Virus record (IMG/VR): IMGVR_UViG_3300016654_000302 | Coordinates: 1-38,094 of that record | Source: a virus | Lineage: Duplodnaviria > Caudoviricetes | Length of the DNA stretch: 38,094 nt | Reading direction: 5' to 3' (one strand) | The notes under the pieces: model-generated | Databases searched by the model: none | The model's input: only the letters and a program-made list of their open reading frames with translations | Told to the model about the DNA's origin: nothing | Position numbers and translations under genes: made by a program | Part shown: piece after piece, positions 24,972 through 33,418 of the stretch | Numbering within the stretch: the first letter of the stretch is position 1 | How the letters are laid out: the number at the start of each line of letters is the position of its first letter

Positions 24972-25617
24972 CGTCCTGACCGTCCTGCCGCCCAACGCTT
25001 CGGTGCTGGAGAAGGCGACCGACCGCGCCTTGGCGACGCGGCTGGACGCCATTCCGGTCCCGATCCGCACGGCTTGGGACGCCGACACCATCCCGCTCGA
25101 CACCCTGCCGTGGCTGGCGTGGGGCGTCGGCCGCAAGACGTGGAACACGGCGTGGCCCGAAGAGGTCCGCCGTTCGATCGTCCGCGACGCCTATCCGATT
25201 GCCCGTCGCACCGGCACGGTCCGGGCCGTCCGTGACGCCATCGCCGTCGTCGAGAGCGCCCTGGACTATGGCGGCGAGCTGGAGATCGTCGAGTGGTGGC
25301 AGACGACGCCCCGAGGGACGCCCCGCACCTTCTATGTGAAGATCACGCTGGACCCGGAGACCGGCGCGCCGCCGCCCGCCGCCTTCGTGGAAGAGCTGGT
25401 CGACGAGATCAGCGCGGCCAAGCCGCTGACCGCCCACTTCGGTCTCGCCCAGTCGCTGGCGGTCGGCGGAGCTTTCCAGACGGTCGGTGCCCTGCGCCCG
25501 ACGACGGTCTGTCGGCTGGAGTTCGCCGAGCGTCCCCCTTCGCATCTGTCGGTCGTGACCGATGACGGCTCGCCCGTCGTCGACGGCTCCGGCGCATCTG
25601 TCTTCGTGGAGCTGTAG
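24964..25617 (+). CDS. Phage tail protein I (P2 gpI)
   Basis: LPPNASVLE, LPWLAW, GTVRAVR, IVEWWQ, AAKPLTAH. Confidence 0.92.
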   Translation: MSDVLTVLPPNASVLEKATDRALATRLDAIPVPIRTAWDADTIPLDTLPWLAWGVGRKTWNTAWPEEVRRSIVRDAYPIARRTGTVRAVRDAIAVVESALDYGGELEIVEWWQTTPRGTPRTFYVKITLDPETGAPPPAAFVEELVDEISAAKPLTAHFGLAQSLAVGGAFQTVGALRPTTVCRLEFAERPPSHLSVVTDDGSPVVDGSGASVFVEL

Positions 25618-27212
25618 TGGCAGGCCTTCCCCTTACCGTCACCGAAGCCGGGCTCGCCGCCCTGATCAACGCCCAGGCCACGGGCGCGAGCGCCGCCGTG
25701 GTCTCGCAGATCGGGATCAGCGCCGCCGCCTTCGTGCCGACCGTCCAGACCACCGCCATCCCCAACGAGATCAAGCGGCTGGGCGCGGTGTCGGGTCAGC
25801 TGGTCGATGATCGAACCATTCATGTGTCGGTGCTGGACAGCTCGGCCGACGTCTACGACATGCGGACGATCGGCCTCTACCTCGACACCGGGGTGCTGCT
25901 GGCGGTCTACAGCCAGAACGCCGTCCTGATGCAGAAGGCGTCGGTCTCCTGGGCGATCATCGACGCTGATCTGCGGCTGCTGACCAATCTGGCCGCCAAC
26001 ATCACCTTCAGCGGCGGCGGCTGGACAAACCCGCCCGCGAGCGAGACCGTCATGGGTGTCGCCAAGCTGGCCAGCGAGGCCGAGGCCCTGGGCGGCACGG
26101 ATGCGGTCCGGATCATCACGCCCAAAACGCTGGCTGCCGTCACCGCCCTGAAGGCCGATAAGGCGCGCACCGTCACCGGCGGCGGCCTGATCACCGGGGG
26201 CGGCGACCTCTCGGCCGACCGCGTCCTGACGTTGGCCGAGGCCTCGGACGCCGAGGCGCTGGCCGGGACCGATGCCGCCAAGGCGATCACGTCGCGGCGG
26301 TTGGCCACGGTCGCCGCGCTGAAGGCGGATAAGGCTCGCACCGTCACCGGCGGCGGTCTGGTCACCGGAGGCGGCGATCTGTCGGCCAACCGGGTGCTGA
26401 CGGTCACCGAAGCGACGGACGCCCAGGCGCTGGCCGGAACCGACTCCACAACCGTCATCACGCCCCGGCGTCTGGCCGCCGCCGTCGCGGCCCTGATCAA
26501 CGGAGCGCCCGGCGCGCTGGACACCCTGAACGAGCTGGCCGCCGCCCTTGGCAATGACGCCAACTTCGCCGCGACCATGACCAACGCGCTGGCGCTTAAG
26601 GCGGACAAGGCCCGCACCGTTACAGGCGGCGGTCTGGTCACCGGCGGCGGCGACCTCGCGGCCGACCGCGTTCTGACAGTCACCGAGGCGACCGACGCGG
26701 AGGCGTTGGCCGGCGCCCTTTCGACCAAGGCCATGACGCCGCGCAGGGTCAAGGCCGTGGTCGATCAGGTCCGTGAACTGTTTCGCGCCGAGCGGCGTGG
26801 CACGGTCTGCTATCTGGCCGCCGGTCCAGTCGCTGACGACGCCTATCTCTGTGATGGACGGGAGCTGTCGCGGACGGGTCCGGACGCCCCGCTGTTCGCC
26901 AAGATCGGCACGACTTACGGCGCGGGCGACGGCGTCAACACCTTCAATATCCCGCTCGCAAGCGGCGAGTTCATCCGGGTCTGGGACAACGGTCGAGGCG
27001 TAGACGCTGGCCGCGTGCTGGGCTCCTGGCAGGCGGGCATGATCGAAGCCCACGATCACGAACTGCCCTCACGCTCCGACGCCAACGCCGGGAACAACTA
27101 CGTCGAGGACTCTGACGGGACCGGCGCCACCCGCGTCGCCCGAACGGGCATGACGGGCGGCACCGAAACCCGCCCGCGCAACATCGCCATGATGGCGATC
27201 ATCTGGCGATGA
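25617..27212 (+). CDS. Tail fibre protein with internal repeats and tail-collar domain
   Basis: N-terminal VTEAGLAAL anchor; APGALDTLNELAAALGNDANFA fibre motif; CDGRELSR...LFAKIGTTYGAGDGVNTFNIP...ETRPRNIA collar domain. Confidence 0.92.
   Translation: MAGLPLTVTEAGLAALINAQATGASAAVVSQIGISAAAFVPTVQTTAIPNEIKRLGAVSGQLVDDRTIHVSVLDSSADVYDMRTIGLYLDTGVLLAVYSQNAVLMQKASVSWAIIDADLRLLTNLAANITFSGGGWTNPPASETVMGVAKLASEAEALGGTDAVRIITPKTLAAVTALKADKARTVTGGGLITGGGDLSADRVLTLAEASDAEALAGTDAAKAITSRRLATVAALKADKARTVTGGGLVTGGGDLSANRVLTVTEATDAQALAGTDSTTVITPRRLAAAVAALINGAPGALDTLNELAAALGNDANFAATMTNALALKADKARTVTGGGLVTGGGDLAADRVLTVTEATDAEALAGALSTKAMTPRRVKAVVDQVRELFRAERRGTVCYLAAGPVADDAYLCDGRELSRTGPDAPLFAKIGTTYGAGDGVNTFNIPLASGEFIRVWDNGRGVDAGRVLGSWQAGMIEAHDHELPSRSDANAGNNYVEDSDGTGATRVARTGMTGGTETRPRNIAMMAIIWR
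26145..26762 (+). repeat. Three 57-aa (171-bp) coding repeats in the tail fibre
   Basis: ALKADKARTVTGGGL(I/V)TGGGDL.A.RVLT..EA.DA.ALAG starting at 26145, 26316 and 26592. Confidence 0.88.
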
Positions 27213-27306
27213 GCGCGGCCATGACCCCTTCAACCCCATCCGGCCCCTCGGCCGAGATCACCCGGCCGGGCCTTCCGGCTGTCACCCCCAAGGAGCCCGC
27301 CTGACC

Positions 27307-28524
27307 ATGTCCGATGCATATCTGCACGGCGTTGAAGTCGTCGAACTGACCGACGGCGCCCGCACCATCACCGTCAAGGCCACGTCGATCATCGGCCTGG
27401 TCGGAACCGCCCCCTATGCCGACGCGGCCAAGTTCCCGCTCGACACGCCCGTCCTCGTCACCAGCTCGGCGCAGGCCGCCTTCCTGAAGTCAGGCCTGCC
27501 GAACGGCGCCCTGATCAACGCCGAAGGCACCCTGCCGCAGGCCTATGCCGCGATCTTCGATCAGGTGAACACGCCGATCGTCGTGATCCGCGTCGCTGCC
27601 CACGCCACGCCCGCCACCCAGCAGACGCTGGTGGTCGGCGCGGCCGACGAACGGACCGGCGTCTATGGCCTGCTCGCCGCCAAGGCGATGACCGGCGCCA
27701 AGCCCAAAATCCTGATCGCCCCCGGCTTCACCCACCAGCAGACCGGCAATGCAGCGAACCCGGTGGCCATGGCCCTGAAGGCCGTCGCCGCCAAGCTGCG
27801 CGCCGTGGTCGTGGTCGACGGCCCGAGCGACACGGACGACGCTGCTCTGGACAAGGCCGCGCTGGAGTCGGGCGAACGCATGTACCACGTCGATCCGACC
27901 GTGGGCGTTCTGGACCGCACCGGCGTCATCGCCCAGCGCCCGGCCTCGGCCCATGTCGCCGGGGTCATCGCCCTGTCGGATCAGGAACGCGGCTACTGGT
28001 GGTCGCCGTCCAACCGCACGATCAACGGCGTCGTCTCCATCGGCCGCCCGATCGAGTTCAGCCTGTCTGATCCCACCGCCAGCTCCAACCAGCTGAACGG
28101 CGGCGGCGTCGCCGTCATCGTCAACGAGGACGGCTTCCGGCTGTGGGGGAACAAGACGCCCAGCACCGGCGGGGACATCAACTTCCTGTCGCAGCGCCGC
28201 TGCCTGGACGCAGTCTTCGACGCTCTGGAGGCCGACTTCCGCTGGGCCATGGACCGTCCCTTCAGCGCCCAGCTGCTCGTCGACATCGCGGGCAATACCG
28301 AGCTGTTCCAGCGGGGCCTGAAGGCCAAGGGCGCCATGCTCGGCGGCCGGGTCTGGCTGGATGAAGAGCTGAACACCGAGGCCACCTTCAGGGCGGGCCA
28401 GTTCTTCGTGAACGTCGACGGCGAAGCGCCGGCGCCGCTCGACCGCCTGACTTTCCGCTTCTCGCGCGAGACCGGCTATTACGCCGAGCTGATCTCCGCC
28501 GCGAACCAACAGCTCGCCGCCTAA
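27307..28524 (+). CDS. Tail sheath protein (P2 FI family)
   Basis: YLHGVEVVE, IIGLVGTAP, PKILIAPGF, WWSPSNR, GFRLWGN. Confidence 0.95.
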   Translation: MSDAYLHGVEVVELTDGARTITVKATSIIGLVGTAPYADAAKFPLDTPVLVTSSAQAAFLKSGLPNGALINAEGTLPQAYAAIFDQVNTPIVVIRVAAHATPATQQTLVVGAADERTGVYGLLAAKAMTGAKPKILIAPGFTHQQTGNAANPVAMALKAVAAKLRAVVVVDGPSDTDDAALDKAALESGERMYHVDPTVGVLDRTGVIAQRPASAHVAGVIALSDQERGYWWSPSNRTINGVVSIGRPIEFSLSDPTASSNQLNGGGVAVIVNEDGFRLWGNKTPSTGGDINFLSQRRCLDAVFDALEADFRWAMDRPFSAQLLVDIAGNTELFQRGLKAKGAMLGGRVWLDEELNTEATFRAGQFFVNVDGEAPAPLDRLTFRFSRETGYYAELISAANQQLAA

Positions 28525-28539
28525 CCGGAGATCGACGCG

Positions 28540-29043
28540 ATGCGCAAACTTCCCGACACCATCAAGGGCTTCACCGCCTTCGTCGACGGCTTCGGCCAGG
28601 GCGGCGTGACCACCAGCGGCAAGCTGCCGGTCATGAAGATCAAGACCGAGGGCCACCGCGACGGCGGCATGGATGGCGAAAGCGATCTCGACCTCGGCAT
28701 GGACAAGCTGGAGGCCGAGCTGGGCTTCGCCGAACTGAGCCCCCTTCTGGCGGGCTGCGTCGGCAAGCGGGACCGGCCGATCACTCTGCGCGGCAGCCAG
28801 GAGGGCGAGAACGGCGTGAAGCGCGCCGTGATCGCCGAGTTCCGCGGCCTCGTCACCGAAGCCGATCCGGGCACGTGGGACGGCGAGACCAAGAAGACCG
28901 AGCTGAAGCTCAAAATCAGCTGCGACTACTACCGCCTGCGGATCGGGGGCGAGCTTGTCTACGAAATCGACGTCCTCGGCGGCGTTCGGATCATCGACGG
29001 CGTCGACCAGCTCGCGCTGCGTCGCGCCAACCTCGGCCTGTGA
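28540..29043 (+). CDS. Tail tube protein (P2 FII family)
   Basis: RDGGMDG...DLGMDKLE, YYRL.IGG..VYEID, GVDQLA..RANLGL. Confidence 0.93.
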   Translation: MRKLPDTIKGFTAFVDGFGQGGVTTSGKLPVMKIKTEGHRDGGMDGESDLDLGMDKLEAELGFAELSPLLAGCVGKRDRPITLRGSQEGENGVKRAVIAEFRGLVTEADPGTWDGETKKTELKLKISCDYYRLRIGGELVYEIDVLGGVRIIDGVDQLALRRANLGL

Positions 29044-29057
29044 GGAGGGCCTGAACC

Positions 29058-29321
29058 ATGGTTGACCCCAACAAGACCTTCGAACTGACCGTGCCCCTCG
29101 ACATCGGCGGCGAGAAATACGCCAAGGTCACCCTCCGCCGCCCGAAAGGCCGGGAAATCCGCGCCCTGCGCAACGCCTCGGCCAAGGGTGATCCGGTCGG
29201 CGACCTCACCGTCAAGATGATGGCCGACCTCGCCGAGGTTGAGGAAATCGTCTTCGACGAGATGGACGGCGCGGACTTCCGTACCGTTGAGAGCTGGCTG
29301 GAAGGCCTGCTGGGAAACTGA
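29058..29321 (+). CDS. Tail assembly chaperone (gpE)
   Basis: VTLRRPKGREIR, EMDGADF; ends in the slippery site G GGA AAC. Confidence 0.88.
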   Translation: MVDPNKTFELTVPLDIGGEKYAKVTLRRPKGREIRALRNASAKGDPVGDLTVKMMADLAEVEEIVFDEMDGADFRTVESWLEGLLGN

Positions 29322-29482
29322 CAGCCGGGTGGCTGGACGAGGCGCAGGAGATCATCGCCTTCGCCTACGCCTGGCCGCCCGACGTCCTCGAGGACCTGAC
29401 CCTTGACCAGCTCGAAATCTGGATGGCCCGCGCCAAGACCCGGATTGAACTGATGACCCGCAAAACCTGCCCCTTCGGATAG
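29312..29482 (+). CDS. -1 frameshift extension of the tail chaperone (gpE')
   Basis: GGGAAAC at 29312-29318 correctly phased before TGA; -1 frame gives ...IAFAYAWPPDVLEDLTLDQLEIWMARA...FG*. Confidence 0.82.
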   Translation, partial: GKLTAGWLDEAQEIIAFAYAWPPDVLEDLTLDQLEIWMARAKTRIELMTRKTCPFG

Positions 29483-29485
29483 TCC

Positions 29486-31843
29486 GTGAAGAACCTCGTC
29501 GCCGCCCTGACACTGAACCTCGTCGACCGGTTGTCCCGGCCGTCGCGGATCGCTGTGGGCGCCATCGGCCAGATCGAGCGGGCGCAGAAGATGGCGGCGG
29601 ACGGGTCGGCGCAGTGGACCCGTGGCCTCGATCGTCTGGACAGCCGCCTGAACCGCCTGGCCTCGGCCTCGCTGGTGACGGATGGGCTCGGCCGGGCGGG
29701 CGAGGCCATGATCCGTCCACTGCGGCGGGCTATTACCGAAGGCGCGGCCTTCGAACAGGCCATGACCGGGATCGGCATCACGGCGCAGATGACGGATCGG
29801 CAGCTCCAGCCCGTTCGCCGGTCGATCCTTCAGACCGCCACTGATCTGGGCGCCCTGCCCAGCGTGGTCCAGGGCGCGTTCTCTTCGGTGCTGGCCGAGG
29901 GCGTCTATCGCACCGAGGCGGAGCTGATCGCGGCCGGGCGTTCGGTCTCCCGGTTCCAACGGCTGGCGGCGACCATGAAGGACCCGATCTCGGGCGAGGA
30001 AGCTGGCGGCCTTTCGGCGGGTTTGGCCCGCTCGTTCAACATCCGCGCCGACCAGCTCGATCAGGCCAACGCGATGATCAATCGTGCGGCGCAGCGTGGC
30101 GGTGTGTCCATCGGCGTCCAGGCCCGATTCCTTCCCGCGTCGGCGGCGTCCATGCGCGGTCTGGGTGGCGCGAACGATCGGGGTCTGGCCGATGTCCTCG
30201 CCGCGACGCAGATCGCCAAGGCGAGCGCCGGTGGCAGTGAGCAGGCCGCCAACAACCTCGCCAACCTTCTGGCCGCGATCACGTCGCCGGAGACCCTGAA
30301 GAACTTCTCGAAAATGGGTGTCGATCTCGAAAAGGAGATCAAGGGCGGCATCACGCGGGGGATATCGCCTCTCGAAACGGTCGCCACCGTCACCGCCCGC
30401 CTGTCCAAGGGCGGCGACCAGTTCCGGCTGGGCCAGCTTTTCGGCGACCGGCAAGCCCGGGATGGCGCGATGGCGCTCGTCCAGAACCTCGATCAGTTCC
30501 GGCAGATCAGCGAGGACTTGCGCAGCAAGGATGCACTCTCGGCCTACATGGCGGACCTTGACCGCGCCCTTCAGGGACCGGCCGCTTCGTTCGACCGCTA
30601 TCAGTCCAGCATGGCTCGCGCGGGCATCGCGACCGGGACCATCCTCGCGCCAGCGGCAGGGCTCGCCGCCGGTCTCCTGGGCAAGGTGGCCAACTGGATG
30701 TCGCGCGCCAGCGAGAGCGGTTCGACGCTGGCCAAGGTCGCCGTCTGGGCCGTCGCCGGTGTCGCCGGGCTCGCCGTGGGCGCCGGGATGCTGGGTCATG
30801 CCGTCGTCGGCGTCCTCGGCCCGCTCTACATCATGCAGACCCTGCTGGGTAAGGACGGGCTGGGCGGCGGTGCGGCCAAACAGGCCATCGCCTGGGTGAT
30901 CGGCGGGTTCGGCCGCATGCGGATGGCCGCGCTGGCCTTCAACCTGTCGATGCTGGCCAACCCCGTGGTCCTGGGCATCGCCGCCGTGGTCGCGGCCGTC
31001 ATCATCGGGGCCGTCATCGTCCGCAAGTATTGGCAGCCGATCAGCGCCTTCTTCACCGGTGTCGGTCAGGCCTTGGGCGAGGCCTTCGGTCCGGCTCTCG
31101 GCGCCGTCGGCGGCGCGCTGCGCCCCCTGAAGCCGCTGTGGGACGGGCTGACCGGCGCGGTCGGCCGGTTCTTCGGCTGGGTCGGCCGTCTGCTGACCCC
31201 GATGCAGGCCACTCAGGGCCAGCTGACCGGCGCGACCAATGCGGGTCGCCGCTTCGGGCAGGCGTTGGTCTTCGCCTTCAACATCTCGCCGATCGGGCTC
31301 TTCATCCGGGGCATCCGGGGGCTGTTCCAGCTGGCCGGGTTCTTCAACCAGCTGGTCGCCCGCTTCCGGGGCTGGGGCGGCGACATCGTGCGCGGTCTGG
31401 TCAGCGGCCTGCTGGGCAGCCTCGGCGTCGTGGGCGGGGCTATCGGCCAGATCGCCAACGCGACCGTCAACGGTTTCCGCCAGCGCCTCGGCATCAGATC
31501 CCCGAGCCGAGTCTTCGCCGGGCTGGGCGATGACACCATGGCGGGGTTGAGCCTCGGCCTGCGTCGTGGGCAGGGCGGCCCGGTCGCGATGGTGGCGGGC
31601 GTGGCGGGCGCGATGGCCGCCACCATGGCCGCCGCGCAAGTCCCGGCCTCGACCTTCAGCCCGGCCTCAGGCGCGCCTCAGGCCGCCGTCAGCGGCATGC
31701 CCGGCCGGTCAATGACCATCGGCGACATCACCGTTCACGTCACCGTTCAGGGCGGCGCCGGCGACGCTCGTCAGCAGGGCCGTCAGGTCGGCCGAGCCGC
31801 AGCCGACGCCATCCGCGCCCGCCTCTTCGACGGGCTGGACTGA
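29486..31843 (+). CDS. Tape measure protein
   Basis: 785 aa Ala/Gly-rich; AANNLANLL, LANPVVL..AA, KYWQPISAFF, LGIRSPSRVF. Confidence 0.93.
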   Translation: MKNLVAALTLNLVDRLSRPSRIAVGAIGQIERAQKMAADGSAQWTRGLDRLDSRLNRLASASLVTDGLGRAGEAMIRPLRRAITEGAAFEQAMTGIGITAQMTDRQLQPVRRSILQTATDLGALPSVVQGAFSSVLAEGVYRTEAELIAAGRSVSRFQRLAATMKDPISGEEAGGLSAGLARSFNIRADQLDQANAMINRAAQRGGVSIGVQARFLPASAASMRGLGGANDRGLADVLAATQIAKASAGGSEQAANNLANLLAAITSPETLKNFSKMGVDLEKEIKGGITRGISPLETVATVTARLSKGGDQFRLGQLFGDRQARDGAMALVQNLDQFRQISEDLRSKDALSAYMADLDRALQGPAASFDRYQSSMARAGIATGTILAPAAGLAAGLLGKVANWMSRASESGSTLAKVAVWAVAGVAGLAVGAGMLGHAVVGVLGPLYIMQTLLGKDGLGGGAAKQAIAWVIGGFGRMRMAALAFNLSMLANPVVLGIAAVVAAVIIGAVIVRKYWQPISAFFTGVGQALGEAFGPALGAVGGALRPLKPLWDGLTGAVGRFFGWVGRLLTPMQATQGQLTGATNAGRRFGQALVFAFNISPIGLFIRGIRGLFQLAGFFNQLVARFRGWGGDIVRGLVSGLLGSLGVVGGAIGQIANATVNGFRQRLGIRSPSRVFAGLGDDTMAGLSLGLRRGQGGPVAMVAGVAGAMAATMAAAQVPASTFSPASGAPQAAVSGMPGRSMTIGDITVHVTVQGGAGDARQQGRQVGRAAADAIRARLFDGLD

Positions 31844-32238
31844 TGGCGGGCGAGGTTCTGATGACGCTGGGCGACATCCGATTTTCGGTCGCCGAGGGCG
31901 CTTACACCAACCTGTCGCGGCGGCTTGAAATGCTGGTCGCCCGTCTGCCGCGCGCGGGCAGTCAGTCGGCGCGCCAGCTGCTGGGCGAAGACGAGACGAT
32001 CGAGATCGAGGGCGTCTGCTATCCGGGGCAGCGTCATGCGGCCGACCGGGTGGAGAGCTTCCGGACGCTGGCCCGCACCTACAAGCCGGTCCTGCTGACG
32101 GACGGGACGGGCGTCGTCTGGGGCCAGTTCGTGATCGAGGGCGTCGACGAGACCGGTTCGGACTTCCTGTCCAACGGCGTGGCCCAGCGACAGGCCTTCC
32201 GGATCAGCCTCGGCGCATTCGGCGGGGTCTCGTCATGA
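31843..32238 (+). CDS. Phage tail protein (P2 gpU family)
   Basis: MTLGDIRFSV, LLTDGTGVVWGQFVIE, F.ISL. Confidence 0.87.
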   Translation: MAGEVLMTLGDIRFSVAEGAYTNLSRRLEMLVARLPRAGSQSARQLLGEDETIEIEGVCYPGQRHAADRVESFRTLARTYKPVLLTDGTGVVWGQFVIEGVDETGSDFLSNGVAQRQAFRISLGAFGGVSS

Positions 32239-32444
32239 GCCGCCAGATGACGACCCGTCAGGGCGACCTGGTCGACCAGATCGCGCTTGAGGTCTACGGC
32301 CGCACGGCCGGTGCCACCGAGGCGATCCTGAACGCCAACCCGCACCTTGAAGGCCAGCCGCCGCACCTTCCGGCTGGGCTGGTCATCGTCCTGCCCGAGA
32401 TCGATGCCCAGCCGGTGACCGCGACGGTGCGCCTGTGGGACTGA
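32235..32444 (+). CDS. Tail protein X (LysM-like)
   Basis: QGDLVDQIALEVYG...ILNANPHL...LPAGLVIVLP...VRLWD. Confidence 0.9.
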   Translation: MSRQMTTRQGDLVDQIALEVYGRTAGATEAILNANPHLEGQPPHLPAGLVIVLPEIDAQPVTATVRLWD

Positions 32445-33418
32445 AGGCGCGCCCCGACTTCAAGCTGACGATCGGCGACGCCGACGTGACCGCCCGCGTC
32501 CGCGAGAGGCTGATGTCGCTCACCCTCGTCGACAACTCCGGAGAGGAGTCGGACACGCTGGAGATCGTCCTGAACGATGCGGGCAACGTGATCGAGAGCC
32601 CGCGCAAGGGGGCGGTCCTGAACGTCTCGCTCGGCTATGTCGGGGACGGCCTCTATGCCATGGGCCGGTTCACCGTCGACGAGGTCGAGCCCTCCGGCCC
32701 GCCCGATATCCTGACCATTCGGGCCAAGGCGGCCGACATGCGCGCCAGCCTCAAGGCCCAGCGCAGCCGCGCTTTCGACGCCACCACCGTCGGGGACATC
32801 GTCGCCGACATCGCCAACGATCACGGCCTGACCCCTGCCGTCTCGGCCGGGCTGGCCGGGATCGCCATCGCCCACCGCGACCAGACCAACGAGAGCGACC
32901 TTCATTTCCTGACCCGCCTCGGCAGGGACTTCGGCGCGGTCGCGGCCCCGAAGGATGGGCGCCTGGTCTTCGCCCCGGCGTCGACCGGCCTGTCCGCCTC
33001 GGGCAAGGCGCTGGACACCGTCACCCTGAAGCGGACTGACCTGACCAGCTGGAAAGGCGTCTCGGCCGACCGCAACAATCAGGGCTCGATCCGCGCCCGC
33101 TACCGCGACAACCGAGCCGCCCGGACCCACTACGCCCGCGCAGGATCGGGCGACCCGGTCAAGACGCTGCGCAGCACCTACCGCGACGAGGCGACTGCCC
33201 AGGCGGCGGCCGACGCCGAGCTGGCGCGCAGCGGCAGGGCCGCCAACGGCATTGAGCTGACCCTCCCGGGCCGCCCCGCCATCGTCGCCCAGACGCCGAT
33301 CGAGACCACCGGCCTCCGGCCCGAACTGACCGGGCGGTGGATCGCCCGCACCGTCCAACACGCCCTCGACTTCGACAGCGCGGGCTTCGTCACCACCGTC
33401 ACCGGAACGAAAGCATGA
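32435..33418 (+). CDS. Baseplate hub / late control gpD protein
   Basis: DNSGEESDTLEI, GRFTVDEVE.SGPPD, DQTNESDLHFLTRL. Confidence 0.9.
   Translation: MGLKARPDFKLTIGDADVTARVRERLMSLTLVDNSGEESDTLEIVLNDAGNVIESPRKGAVLNVSLGYVGDGLYAMGRFTVDEVEPSGPPDILTIRAKAADMRASLKAQRSRAFDATTVGDIVADIANDHGLTPAVSAGLAGIAIAHRDQTNESDLHFLTRLGRDFGAVAAPKDGRLVFAPASTGLSASGKALDTVTLKRTDLTSWKGVSADRNNQGSIRARYRDNRAARTHYARAGSGDPVKTLRSTYRDEATAQAAADAELARSGRAANGIELTLPGRPAIVAQTPIETTGLRPELTGRWIARTVQHALDFDSAGFVTTVTGTKA

Noticed and set aside
26145-26762. Tail-fibre repeats as DGR template/variable repeats or a CRISPR-like array
   Set aside because: In-frame coding repeats differing mainly at synonymous positions, not adenine-specific; no reverse transcriptase or cas genes in the window
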